Positions 38,966 to 48,609 of a stretch of DNA of 64,000 nt are shown here, one piece after another. Source of the DNA: a virus (taxonomy: Duplodnaviria; Caudoviricetes). The stretch lies in the IMG/VR virus record IMGVR_UViG_3300028624_000003, positions 64,001 through 128,000 of that record. One strand, given 5' to 3'. Position 1 is the stretch's first letter. The number at the start of each line of letters is the position of its first letter. Position numbers and translations under genes: made by a program. The notes under the pieces are model-generated. The model made no database searches and was not told the DNA's origin. It saw only the letters and a program-made list of their open reading frames with translations.

Positions 38966-40504
38966 ATGATGCCAACGATCTACTCCGTCATACCAGAAAT
39001 GACGGAACATATTCACGATGTTATTGCCCGTCAGCTGACGCATAAAATCATAAACGACCTCAATCCGCTCACACCAATTGCGGACAAGATCTATATTGAT
39101 ACGGGGCACACTGCACCACAGCAAGCATCAGATGGCTCACACAATGCTGTACTTCGTAACAATAAAGTAATTGCACGTGCGCTTCCTGTGACAAATCCTA
39201 CCTCTCTTAAGTGGGATTCGCTCAATATGAGCCATACGACTGGTCAGTACATTGACAAACGTGATTTGGGTACCAAGTATCCTTACGTATTTGTCGATCC
39301 TGTCGCAGAAGTGCGTCTGCTCGAAATGTCCATACCTACACACATGGCAATCGAGATCGAGATCGAACTGGTCAGTCGTGATCAGGCGTACGAAATACCT
39401 GTGCAGCTTTGGAGAAGATTTGCAGGTGGTCACGTGTACACCGAAACGGTAGTGTACGACTATCCTCTACCTCAGGATATCATCATCTATCTGTACAGCA
39501 TCTACAAGATGCGCAAGTTCGATAAAGCAATGACGTTTGCACAATATCTGAAGAAAGGATCCAATGATCTCATTACTGCAAACGTACCTCGCGCAGCGAA
39601 CAGTCAGGACGTAGAACTGATTATTCCCAAGACAAATGTGTACTGCAACGTCCAACTGGATTATAACGAGGACAAGCCGGAAGAAATTAAGGTAGGTAGA
39701 TCTGCCAACGCATACCAGACCAAGTTCGTCTTGAATGTACAATACACCAGAGCGGACATGATGGTCATTCAGTTTCCTGCGGTGATCGATAATCAGATTA
39801 TACCTGAGATCATGGTCCCCAAAAGAAGTACCGACATTCCCTTCCGCAATCTCGATGCAGGATACCCTGGCGATGAAGTAGATAAGGGGTCGCGAGCATT
39901 CGCTATCAAACCATCTGCTACCCCGATCGTACTTCCCTACTACGACGACTGGATGATTCCGCGAGGGTTGACTTACAGTCGGTCATACAGGGAATTCCTT
40001 ATAGCAGGTACACTAGTCGAAGGTCCTGCTATGCTGTCTGAGATTCCTCTTGGTGGACTAATTGACGAGGACGGGGAGTACAAACTCCACGATGTAGTAG
40101 TAAAGATATTGAAGAAGCAGAAGCAAGAGTCCTTCAAAACGGACTGCATCTTCAATATCGAAGTGTATGCAAACGATGTACCAATAGAACCCACTCATCT
40201 GGAACTCACCGATGATCTGGTTCTAAAATTCCCTGGTTTCAATTTGAGCAAACGATATCGGCTAGTTTTGTCAGAAATCACAGATGTCAAGTACCTCAAT
40301 CCAAAGTGGTACCCAGATATTCTTGAGAACTGGCCGTTCTTTACCATCTCAAAACAAATAGCGGATCTGATCAACTCTGGCCACATAGTGGTCAAAGATG
40401 GTACACTGATAGATCCTAACCACGACACACTTGGAGGTCTCGATGGCTCTTATAGGCCGCTCCGGAAAATCATCGGCGACATCGTCCCAAGTAGACGGTC
40501 CTAA
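38966..40504 (+). CDS. Putative virion structural protein
   Basis: 512 aa; first gene of an overlapping operon typical of phiKZ-like structural blocks. Confidence 0.55.
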   Translation: MMPTIYSVIPEMTEHIHDVIARQLTHKIINDLNPLTPIADKIYIDTGHTAPQQASDGSHNAVLRNNKVIARALPVTNPTSLKWDSLNMSHTTGQYIDKRDLGTKYPYVFVDPVAEVRLLEMSIPTHMAIEIEIELVSRDQAYEIPVQLWRRFAGGHVYTETVVYDYPLPQDIIIYLYSIYKMRKFDKAMTFAQYLKKGSNDLITANVPRAANSQDVELIIPKTNVYCNVQLDYNEDKPEEIKVGRSANAYQTKFVLNVQYTRADMMVIQFPAVIDNQIIPEIMVPKRSTDIPFRNLDAGYPGDEVDKGSRAFAIKPSATPIVLPYYDDWMIPRGLTYSRSYREFLIAGTLVEGPAMLSEIPLGGLIDEDGEYKLHDVVVKILKKQKQESFKTDCIFNIEVYANDVPIEPTHLELTDDLVLKFPGFNLSKRYRLVLSEITDVKYLNPKWYPDILENWPFFTISKQIADLINSGHIVVKDGTLIDPNHDTLGGLDGSYRPLRKIIGDIVPSRRS

Positions 40505-41738
40505 TCCCGATCTGAAAGAAACTGATCGAATCATCCCCAATAACGACAATGCAGCTACCGATCTGGATGTAGTGGGACTCGCGCACATCCGAGATACTTT
40601 TACGACAAATACTGCCATAGCACCTGAGAGATATTCGGAAGCTTATGGTGGATTGATGCTGTACGTGGAGGGTATTCCGGTAACGGTTACTTACTACCAC
40701 ACAAATTTACCACAGATTGATATTCGTACAGGTAGCGCGGATATTCAACCGATGGGACATTCAGTCCATAAGGACTTTACCAAGATCCTGCACATGGAGA
40801 TGAAGTTGCAGGATAACATCCGCCCAGATTTTGTAACGGAAGATAACAGTTTCGACATAACTGGAGAAGCTGTCATGTATCCGGGGTTTGAGCCGAATAT
40901 CGGTGACGAGTTTCTGCTGGACATGGGCAACGGAAAGATAGGTGAGTTTAAAGTCAACGACAAGACTCGCATGTCTTACCGCCAAGGTGCATGTTACAAG
41001 ATCTCGTTCGAGATTCTTAATTTCTTAGATGATACGATTCTCACCAGACTCGAGTCTGGTGTAAGAGAAACATTCATCTTCGATAAGAGATCCTACCCCG
41101 GAGATGGCGACTGGACTTTCCTGACTCAGGATAAGTTCGTTACTCTGACCACACTGGAAAAAGTACGTCGAGATATCATTGCTCGATACATGAAGCATTT
41201 CTACAGCAGAGACTGGAATAGCTTCATGCGTCCTGACGGAATGTATGATCCCTACGTGTGCGAGTTTCTCAAGAAGAAGTTGGAGTACAAGGAGATAAAG
41301 AGATATCCGCTTCAACTATTCCGCCGACTCGAAGATTACGAATATTCGTTCTGGTCTCTATTTACCAGCGAATATCCTGATCTGAGATTTATCTCACCAC
41401 GATGCTCGTCAGAGTATTTGAAAGCTGACGCACTGGCGATTGATCATAACCCTCTGGTCAACCGACACTACTTAGCATTGACTGATGAAGATGCGACAAA
41501 CTGTCCATTCTACGTCATGTCCGAGAATTTCTATATTGGTGCAGGAGATAAACTCACCGATGTAGAAAAGATAGTGTACACGTATCTATTTGACAGGAAG
41601 ATCGATCCTGCAAAGGTACTGGAGGTAGTACAGAACAATCGGCATATGGACCTAGTGGATATGTTCTATCAGTTTCCGATATATCTGGAGCTGATTGACG
41701 TAGCGATCGGGACTCTTCGTGGGGTGGTGAAAAAATGA
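40443..41738 (+). CDS. Putative virion structural protein
   Basis: ggagg RBS; YVEGIPVTVTYY and PNIGDEFL motifs resemble phiKZ-like structural proteins. Confidence 0.6.
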   Translation: MALIGRSGKSSATSSQVDGPNPDLKETDRIIPNNDNAATDLDVVGLAHIRDTFTTNTAIAPERYSEAYGGLMLYVEGIPVTVTYYHTNLPQIDIRTGSADIQPMGHSVHKDFTKILHMEMKLQDNIRPDFVTEDNSFDITGEAVMYPGFEPNIGDEFLLDMGNGKIGEFKVNDKTRMSYRQGACYKISFEILNFLDDTILTRLESGVRETFIFDKRSYPGDGDWTFLTQDKFVTLTTLEKVRRDIIARYMKHFYSRDWNSFMRPDGMYDPYVCEFLKKKLEYKEIKRYPLQLFRRLEDYEYSFWSLFTSEYPDLRFISPRCSSEYLKADALAIDHNPLVNRHYLALTDEDATNCPFYVMSENFYIGAGDKLTDVEKIVYTYLFDRKIDPAKVLEVVQNNRHMDLVDMFYQFPIYLELIDVAIGTLRGVVKK

Positions 41739-42178
41739 GTTTCCTCTCGATAATCGATCACGTACTCTATCGTGGGTACTTGCTACAAGACGTCCCCGTG
41801 AATTACGGTATACAGTCGCCGTACGTATTCATGCAGGACACCGCAGGACCTATCTATCATCCACACGACGGTGAGACCGGAAGAGGTGTCTACGCAATAG
41901 TTCACATGGTGGACATGCGGTTCAACAAGATACCCTTCACGGTTGAACTTCCGGGTGACTTGTTGGACATTCACTCCAATCTCGTCTATTTTGGAAAGCA
42001 CTGCGCAGTTGACGATACTGCAATGAAAAATCGAGAGTTTCGTGAGTTTCACAAAAGAGCCATGGAATTCAAGAAAGAAATCGAACCTAACGTCGAACGT
42101 ATTCGAAGCATATACCCCAGGCATCAGTTGAAGACATCCCCAGTGATATCCCTACTCAAGGATCTTGCAGGATGTTGA
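41735..42178 (+). CDS. Hypothetical protein
   Basis: Overlaps both neighbours. Confidence 0.65.
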   Translation: MSFLSIIDHVLYRGYLLQDVPVNYGIQSPYVFMQDTAGPIYHPHDGETGRGVYAIVHMVDMRFNKIPFTVELPGDLLDIHSNLVYFGKHCAVDDTAMKNREFREFHKRAMEFKKEIEPNVERIRSIYPRHQLKTSPVISLLKDLAGC

Positions 42179-43509
42179 CGAGTATAAACGAAACCCTGAA
42201 GCGTACTGTTGAGGATATCCTCAAGAAAGTAAAATCTGGGTACTTTACATTGGACTGTGTGTTCTACTCACCGCTGAACCAAACCGTAAAGGTCACACCC
42301 AGATACGTGAATAGTGTAGTACACAACCAGAGGTTTACAGAAAACTTCACAGATGAGATTCAGTTGACAGTGGAGCTAATGGCACAAGAAGCAATAACTC
42401 TGCTCAGTAACTATCAGAATCTCCTGTGCACTTTGACGTACACCAGATTGGACCACAGAGAGCTGCAACCGATACCAGATGAGCCACAAATCATTCTGAC
42501 CTATCGGGTAGCTATCGCAAACGCAGGTGATCTGCTAAAGCAGTATACCAAATCAGCAATCCTCCCATCAGAAAATGGATTTACTCCAGAATCTGTACAC
42601 AGTAGAACAATCTCTCTGAACGTGCAGTTGATAGAGAAGGATGTCTACGATCTTCGCAAGAAGCAAGTTAACGGACTGCTTAGAAATGCCACGGTGGAAC
42701 AAGCAATCTACTTTGTACTGAATTCTTTGGGTATAAAGAACATTCGCATGGTTCCACCTCACAATAAGAAAGTCTGGAGTAAGATAGACATTCCCCCAAT
42801 GCAGGATATCACCACAGTGTTCGATTTCCTGCAGAAAAACTATGGTGTGTACAGTAAGGGTCTCGCTTACTACTACACACAGGGAATCTTTTATCTGTAT
42901 CCGGCATACGAGACTTCTTCCGATAAACGCATTCAGAAAGAAGTGACACACATCTACAATGTACCTAGCACGTCGTATGCGGGCATGCACGGTTATCATT
43001 TCGTGGATGGAGATGTCACACATCTAGTAAACAACGCCGACGTGAGTACTCGAGACATGGCCACTGTGGGTGCAGAATTGTTCGGCAACTATCGTTTAAC
43101 GATGCGGACAGACACCTCACTTGACCTAGGAAGAAAAGTCAGCGGCAAATCAGGAAAGTTTTCTGATGACAATGTTTTGGGTTGTGGATCACGTGCAAAC
43201 CGAGGCATGGTCAATCAGTCACAAGGTGCAAGATACGAGACTGCATCGAACAACGCGTATGTGATGGCTAGCGAGATGGCTGAGTACGACTGCACTCTAG
43301 CAGCCAGTAGCTGGCAAATGGCTGAACTTTACTCACTCAAGCCAGGAGAAAGAGTGTACTACCATTTCGATGGAGAATCAGTGCATGATGCTACTGAGGG
43401 TGTAGTTGATTCAGTTCGCTATGTCACACAAATAGCAGACAGAAAGAGTAAGTACATCTACACCATAGGTGCTGCTTACGGACTGCGATTGGCACCTGAA
43501 AATATCTAA
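42172..43509 (+). CDS. Putative virion/baseplate structural protein
   Basis: 445 aa; FLQKNYGVYSKGLAYYY...LYPAYE motif, operon context. Confidence 0.55.
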   Translation: MLTSINETLKRTVEDILKKVKSGYFTLDCVFYSPLNQTVKVTPRYVNSVVHNQRFTENFTDEIQLTVELMAQEAITLLSNYQNLLCTLTYTRLDHRELQPIPDEPQIILTYRVAIANAGDLLKQYTKSAILPSENGFTPESVHSRTISLNVQLIEKDVYDLRKKQVNGLLRNATVEQAIYFVLNSLGIKNIRMVPPHNKKVWSKIDIPPMQDITTVFDFLQKNYGVYSKGLAYYYTQGIFYLYPAYETSSDKRIQKEVTHIYNVPSTSYAGMHGYHFVDGDVTHLVNNADVSTRDMATVGAELFGNYRLTMRTDTSLDLGRKVSGKSGKFSDDNVLGCGSRANRGMVNQSQGARYETASNNAYVMASEMAEYDCTLAASSWQMAELYSLKPGERVYYHFDGESVHDATEGVVDSVRYVTQIADRKSKYIYTIGAAYGLRLAPENI

Positions 43510-43519
43510 AATTAACCAA

Positions 43520-43555
43520 AGAGTGGGTGTAGCAGGAGTTGACTACACCCACTCT
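43520..43555 (+). terminator. Hairpin
   Basis: agagtgggtgtag / ctacacccactct. Confidence 0.55.
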
Positions 43556-43575
43556 AATTTGCAGGAGTAACGTCG

Positions 43576-44640
43576 ATGCGCTATGTACTAAAACTCGATA
43601 ATGCTGGAGATGCACTAGAGAACCAATTTCGACAAAACCTCGTCAATGCAGAAAGTATTTTCAAATTTCCTTCACCTACTGACTCGTTCATGTCTGTAGG
43701 TATTACAGCAGTCGATGAGTTCGATTCTGAATTGGACGGTGATCCAGTAATACGATCGTTTAGGTCAATGACAATCGGAGAGGGGCATATTGTACGACCT
43801 AAGAATAGATGTAAGGGTATGTACCTGTATATCTCCGGAGATCTGGTAGTTAATGGATTACTCACAATGACTGCGCGTGGAGCTAAAGCGCAAGGAAAAT
43901 ATGTCGGAATAGATCCTAAATCTTTGGTAGTGTACCACCATCCGTCAGATATATTTCAAGGAGTATGTCCTGATGTAATTGGACCAAAAGGTGGACCTGG
44001 TGGAGCAGCTACGTACAACAAGAGTGGTACGACCACTAGCGACGGATATTCTCAAAAGTACACACATGGTTTACCTGGTATAAATGGCGCATGTGGTGGC
44101 GGAGGTAGTGGAATTGCCGGAGCTTCTTGGGGCGGTTCTTGCTATTCTGGGAGTGGTGCAGACGGCACATCATTCTCAGGTGGATCCGGAGGAGGTGGAG
44201 TATCTATAGGTCGAGCTACCGGTGTCAACGGTGGGGCTGCACAACCTGACGGTGGCGCCGGAGGTGCAGCCGCTGCCAGTAAAGGATCTACCACTACCAT
44301 CAGCGCAAGAACTGCTGGAGGGGGAGCTGGTAATCCTGGGGGAGCAGGAGCTGCAGTGGGAGGAGGTTCAGGTGGGATAGGTCAATCAGGTACTGGCGGA
44401 CTATTGATCCTCGTAGTTAAGGGTTCCATCATTTTTGGACCGAACGGACGAATAGAGTCGTGCGGTTCATTGGGTGGAATTGACTCAAGAGCAATTGGAC
44501 AAGGAGGAGGTTCGGGTGGTGGAGCTATTCACATCTTTACTTCCAATCCTGAAAATATTGATCAGAGTAAAATATCCGTGGCGGGTGGAGGACCTCTCAG
44601 TAGAGGAGGAAATGGATCGATTGTGATTATGGAGATTTAA
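43576..44640 (+). CDS. Glycine-rich fibre/adhesin-like protein
   Basis: Many GGGG/GGxG runs; aggag RBS. Confidence 0.65.
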   Translation: MRYVLKLDNAGDALENQFRQNLVNAESIFKFPSPTDSFMSVGITAVDEFDSELDGDPVIRSFRSMTIGEGHIVRPKNRCKGMYLYISGDLVVNGLLTMTARGAKAQGKYVGIDPKSLVVYHHPSDIFQGVCPDVIGPKGGPGGAATYNKSGTTTSDGYSQKYTHGLPGINGACGGGGSGIAGASWGGSCYSGSGADGTSFSGGSGGGGVSIGRATGVNGGAAQPDGGAGGAAAASKGSTTTISARTAGGGAGNPGGAGAAVGGGSGGIGQSGTGGLLILVVKGSIIFGPNGRIESCGSLGGIDSRAIGQGGGSGGGAIHIFTSNPENIDQSKISVAGGGPLSRGGNGSIVIMEI

Positions 44641-44657
44641 TCAAATGATACAATTCA

Positions 44658-44689
44658 CTAGATGGCTCCCTAGAAAGGGAGCCATCTAG
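44658..44689 (+). terminator. Hairpin
   Basis: ctagatggctccct / agggagccatctag. Confidence 0.6.
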
Positions 44690-44713
44690 ATATAACCGAC
44701 TGTATTCCAAGTA

Positions 44714-44729
44714 TATATCACTACTGTGA
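44714..44729 (+). promoter_or_regulatory. Putative early promoter
   Basis: tatatcac-tactg-tga. Confidence 0.7.
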
Positions 44730-44763
44730 ATGATACCATCGCTAAATCATTGTGAGGTGACAT

Positions 44764-45348
44764 ATGGCAACTCTATTCGGTTCAAATGTCGGTAACGTGT
44801 GGTTACAACTTTCGTCGAACAAACCGCCGCACAGAGCATATCGTACAGTACAAAAGCCGCATAAACACGAAGTGTATCAGTACTTCGGGATACCTCCTCT
44901 GGATGACAACGAGCAGGTACTCTACTGCGTCTTAAGTTCACTCTATTCATCAGACTGGAGCGCAGAGAAGGGAGAACTATCCTCAATATTTGCTAACCTC
45001 GACGGCATGCCGTCGAAGGTGTGTAACCTATACAAAGCAAACCAACCGAAAATACGGATCCCGGCAGAAATGATTACCGACGAGTTTCCGTGTTACATAC
45101 CAGCTCACTACTTCAAAGGTGTCCGCGAAGAAACGGAATTTGATCTGGGTCCACTTAAAGGAATTATAGCCTCACAGATATCAGTACCGACGTATCACTT
45201 TCATGGATGCCGGATGATTTACAAAATCGACGAGCGGACACGTTATCGTCTGTTGCCGTTTCATGACAAATTTGAGCAGCTTACGAAAGGATACAACCAC
45301 ACCACTGATAAAGGTGTAGCATATCTTCCACGATGGACTACGCAGTAA
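44764..45348 (+). CDS. Hypothetical early protein
   Basis: gaggtg RBS; shares motif with 31128-31559. Confidence 0.7.
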   Translation: MATLFGSNVGNVWLQLSSNKPPHRAYRTVQKPHKHEVYQYFGIPPLDDNEQVLYCVLSSLYSSDWSAEKGELSSIFANLDGMPSKVCNLYKANQPKIRIPAEMITDEFPCYIPAHYFKGVREETEFDLGPLKGIIASQISVPTYHFHGCRMIYKIDERTRYRLLPFHDKFEQLTKGYNHTTDKGVAYLPRWTTQ

Positions 45349-45373
45349 ACATTCTTACACTGAGGATTCTACA

Positions 45374-45652
45374 ATGAAAATCATCGCTCATGCTGGGGTA
45401 GGAAGAATAGGTGATCTCAGAACTATTGACACTGAGAATAACCAAGAAGCAAAGATGCGTAAACTACTCGACATCGTAAAAGTTCGAGTAAACTCCGGTT
45501 CCCCACACTGCAACATACACGGCGCGCAGAATACCTTGATATTTGGCTACAAGTATATCCGCGTGGTACTTGATCAGACTCACTCTTGCATAACCGCCGA
45601 AGTGTACGACAACGACAACTTGGTGGCTATTGCTGAATTTGAAAAAATATAA
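45374..45652 (+). CDS. Small hypothetical protein (tandem family member 1)
   Basis: gagga RBS. Confidence 0.65.
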   Translation: MKIIAHAGVGRIGDLRTIDTENNQEAKMRKLLDIVKVRVNSGSPHCNIHGAQNTLIFGYKYIRVVLDQTHSCITAEVYDNDNLVAIAEFEKI

Positions 45653-45667
45653 ACGGGAGTATCTCTG

Positions 45668-45982
45668 ATGAAGGTAGTGGTACCAAACAACACGGATCGT
45701 AGAGGAATCCGGGAACTCTACTCGTGCGAGATCCTGCACGAACCGGAACACAAAGAAACGATCAATCTCATTCGCATGGTGATAAGGGATTGTCAGCGTG
45801 TAGAATACGTACGCGATCGTGGTGTTAACGGGATGATCGTGTACCACGATGACTATCTACCTGACGTAGAAATCGAACTTCGTGGTAAGTACTTTGAACA
45901 CATTCGTGGAAGGACGATCGAGGTTACTATCTACGAACGTGGTAAAGTCATCGGGCTGGCAGAAATTCCTGAATCTGCATAA
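45668..45982 (+). CDS. Small hypothetical protein (tandem family member 2)
   Basis: ggag RBS. Confidence 0.65.
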   Translation: MKVVVPNNTDRRGIRELYSCEILHEPEHKETINLIRMVIRDCQRVEYVRDRGVNGMIVYHDDYLPDVEIELRGKYFEHIRGRTIEVTIYERGKVIGLAEIPESA

Positions 45983-45997
45983 CTTCCGGAGTAGTAC

Positions 45998-46309
45998 ATG
46001 GAAATCTTTGCGAATCACACCCGGGCACTTCGGGCGATCAAGGATCTGAAGGATCCTGATCTTGAGATTGTCGCAGAAAAAGAATACCAACAATGTATCA
46101 CAAATATCATTGCCGGGTTGCATCGTGCAATGGACGCAGATCGAGTCAGCACAAGATACTGCCAGTCCAACGGGTCTTACGTGTTGTACACTCCTGGATT
46201 CAATGGCGATAGCATCAATCTGGACTATGACAAGAAAGATGGTAGTGTATTCGTAACATTCATGTTCTGCGGAAAGTTAGTTGGAATGGCTACTATACGC
46301 GATGAGTGA
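45998..46309 (+). CDS. Small hypothetical protein (tandem family member 3)
   Basis: ggag RBS; hairpin 46310-46335 follows. Confidence 0.65.
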   Translation: MEIFANHTRALRAIKDLKDPDLEIVAEKEYQQCITNIIAGLHRAMDADRVSTRYCQSNGSYVLYTPGFNGDSINLDYDKKDGSVFVTFMFCGKLVGMATIRDE

Positions 46310-46671
46310 GAGAGTGCCCCTACTAGGGCACTCTCCATTGAGAGCGATTATCAGTGTTGTATTTTTTTACATGCACAATTATAAAATGTAACAAACTCTT
46401 CTTCTCTTAAGAAGAAGAACCCTGTGGCAGACGAAGTCTGCATTCTCTTAGAGGAGAGTACGTAGTACTCGACATCCTTATTTCCTCTTACTACAGGTAG
46501 TACTGTATTGGTGGGAGAGGATGGAAGTAGTGCTAGGAATGGGTGGGGAGAATAACTAACCAAAGTGAATGATAAACAAATGAGAGGATACCTCACGGTA
46601 TCCTCTCCTCAAAGTGTATGAATTCAATACTCTGTATTATCCTGTACTAAACCAGAATGGGAGAGTGCAGT

Positions 46672-47175
46672 ATGCACATCGTTGTCGGAGACGTATTCGA
46701 ATTGCTTTATGCCAAAGATAGTCAGTACGATGTACTGGTCCACGGATGCAACTGTTTTCGTAACTTTGGTGCAGGATTTGCTAAGAGACTTAGGGAAGAG
46801 ATTCCTATTGCTTACTCTGCAGATCAGTTCACTGAGTACGGGTCACTCAAGAAACTTGGTACGTACAGTTATGCACACACCAAGATAGACGATAGATCAG
46901 TGATGATCATCAATGCCTACACGCAGTATGGATTCGGATACATGTACTACGCTTCGGATAATTTAGCAGACCCAGATAATCCATATCGTAAGAATAAGGT
47001 ACAGCTCCACTACTCTTCACTCCGTAGAGTACTCAATGCCATTTCTTTGCTGGAGAGTGATCACATTCTGATGCCTGCCATCGGTTGTGGTCATGCGGGT
47101 GGTGATTGGCCTACAGTGAAGAACATGATCGATAAGATCCTCGGAGATCGTGTCACCGTGGTTCTGCTCCAGTAA
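46672..47175 (+). CDS. Macrodomain (ADP-ribose binding/hydrolase) protein
   Basis: GDVF, VHGCNCF..FGAGFA, INAYTQY, MPAIGCGHAGGDW. Confidence 0.88.
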   Translation: MHIVVGDVFELLYAKDSQYDVLVHGCNCFRNFGAGFAKRLREEIPIAYSADQFTEYGSLKKLGTYSYAHTKIDDRSVMIINAYTQYGFGYMYYASDNLADPDNPYRKNKVQLHYSSLRRVLNAISLLESDHILMPAIGCGHAGGDWPTVKNMIDKILGDRVTVVLLQ

Positions 47176-47193
47176 ATACAACATAGCTGCATA

Positions 47194-47217
47194 GAGAGGA
47201 GTCTCACGACTCCTCTC
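47194..47217. terminator. Bidirectional hairpin
   Basis: gagaggagtc-tcac-gactcctctc between convergent genes. Confidence 0.6.
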
Positions 47218-47235
47218 CATACATTGCAATTTGTA

Positions 47236-48402
47236 TCAGTCCATACTGAGAGATTCTTCTGTACGAGTCATCCAGTCTTCTACTAGTAGTCGGATGGATG
47301 AATCATAGATACGTTCCCAGCATCTACCTCGTTTGACTCTACGCAACTCCACGAGGATGTCTCGTCTCATTGTGCGATACATGGCCATATCTGGACGCCA
47401 TGCATACATTCTCGTCATGAGATCGATGGTAGGGATATCTCGCATGAGCACTACTGGCATGTACTGGAATGTATCAGGGATATCCAAGTAAGTGTTCATG
47501 TAGTTGATTCTGTCGAGAATTGATCCATTCGGTAGAAGTTGGGCAGATAGAATCGAATTGACTCTGACTGATCCTTCTTTTACCTGAATCATCGCTTTGT
47601 AGAGTTCTTCCATAGCTTCGCCGTAGCGTCCCCCTACATAGCCAAATTGTCTATCTGACATAGGTGAAATGTTCACTAGACTGCGAACAGATTCGCCCTC
47701 TTCTGCTAGTTTGGAGATATAGTTGATACGATTGAACAACCATACCTCTAGCAGATCATCCATCAAGTGTACCAACACATGACGATGAATGAAGTCGTGC
47801 ATGGTCTTTATCGTTTCACCTGTGATGTCCATTGTCATGTACTTGTAGTACTTGAACATCAATGCTACTGCATCAATACAAATGATGGAGTATGTCGGGG
47901 GATTGTATTTTGTGACTATCCCGCCGCTAAATATGTTCAGAGTGTATTCTTCAGTGTCGTGATGCCAGAGATGTACTGGTTTTACTTTCTCCCAGTCATC
48001 CCAAGACTTATCGAGCGGTAATGTCTTTAGGTGATCCACGTCCGGTACAGGACAGAGATATTCGGTAGTAGCAAATAAGCCTTTCTTGTAGAAGGCTTTT
48101 CTGTAAGCCTTACCAGTTCTAGCTGGTGCGAAGGTATCGTAAGTGGATTGTGCCACTTCTTTGAAGTAGTTCAGATAGCGACTGAAGTCGTTTTGCTGGA
48201 GCATCAAGTACTCCATATCTCGTTCCATAGTTTTCAGTAGATGCTTCAAGATGTGAAAACATCTGGCTTCGTACACGTCGGAATTGAGATAACGCTTCTT
48301 CAACACTTTCTTCTGAAGCTTGAGATAGTCGACGTATTGCGTCCATTTCGGAAAGACTTTAGGCGATGCTGGATGGAAATGATCAGTGAGCCTGGAAAGC
48401 AT
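47236..48402 (-). CDS. Hypothetical protein divergent from chimallin
   Basis: Start MLSRL with aggagg RBS. Confidence 0.7.
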   Translation of the reverse strand: MLSRLTDHFHPASPKVFPKWTQYVDYLKLQKKVLKKRYLNSDVYEARCFHILKHLLKTMERDMEYLMLQQNDFSRYLNYFKEVAQSTYDTFAPARTGKAYRKAFYKKGLFATTEYLCPVPDVDHLKTLPLDKSWDDWEKVKPVHLWHHDTEEYTLNIFSGGIVTKYNPPTYSIICIDAVALMFKYYKYMTMDITGETIKTMHDFIHRHVLVHLMDDLLEVWLFNRINYISKLAEEGESVRSLVNISPMSDRQFGYVGGRYGEAMEELYKAMIQVKEGSVRVNSILSAQLLPNGSILDRINYMNTYLDIPDTFQYMPVVLMRDIPTIDLMTRMYAWRPDMAMYRTMRRDILVELRRVKRGRCWERIYDSSIRLLVEDWMTRTEESLSMD

Positions 48403-48505
48403 ACATCGACCTCCTGAACAATAATAAAAATCACCACACTCGGTGGAGTTATTTCCTACACGCAATGGCATATCATGTGCTCAGATCCCAACGGATTTGT
48501 GCATA

Positions 48506-48521
48506 TATATCACTATTGTGA
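48506..48521 (+). promoter_or_regulatory. Putative early promoter of chimallin
   Basis: tatatcac-tattg-tga. Confidence 0.7.
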
Positions 48522-48609
48522 ACCCTGCTCTGATTGTTTGTGCAATTGGAGTAAAAACACTAACCAAGTTCTTGGCCAAGAGAACAAAACACAGTTACGG
48601 AGAGTTACC

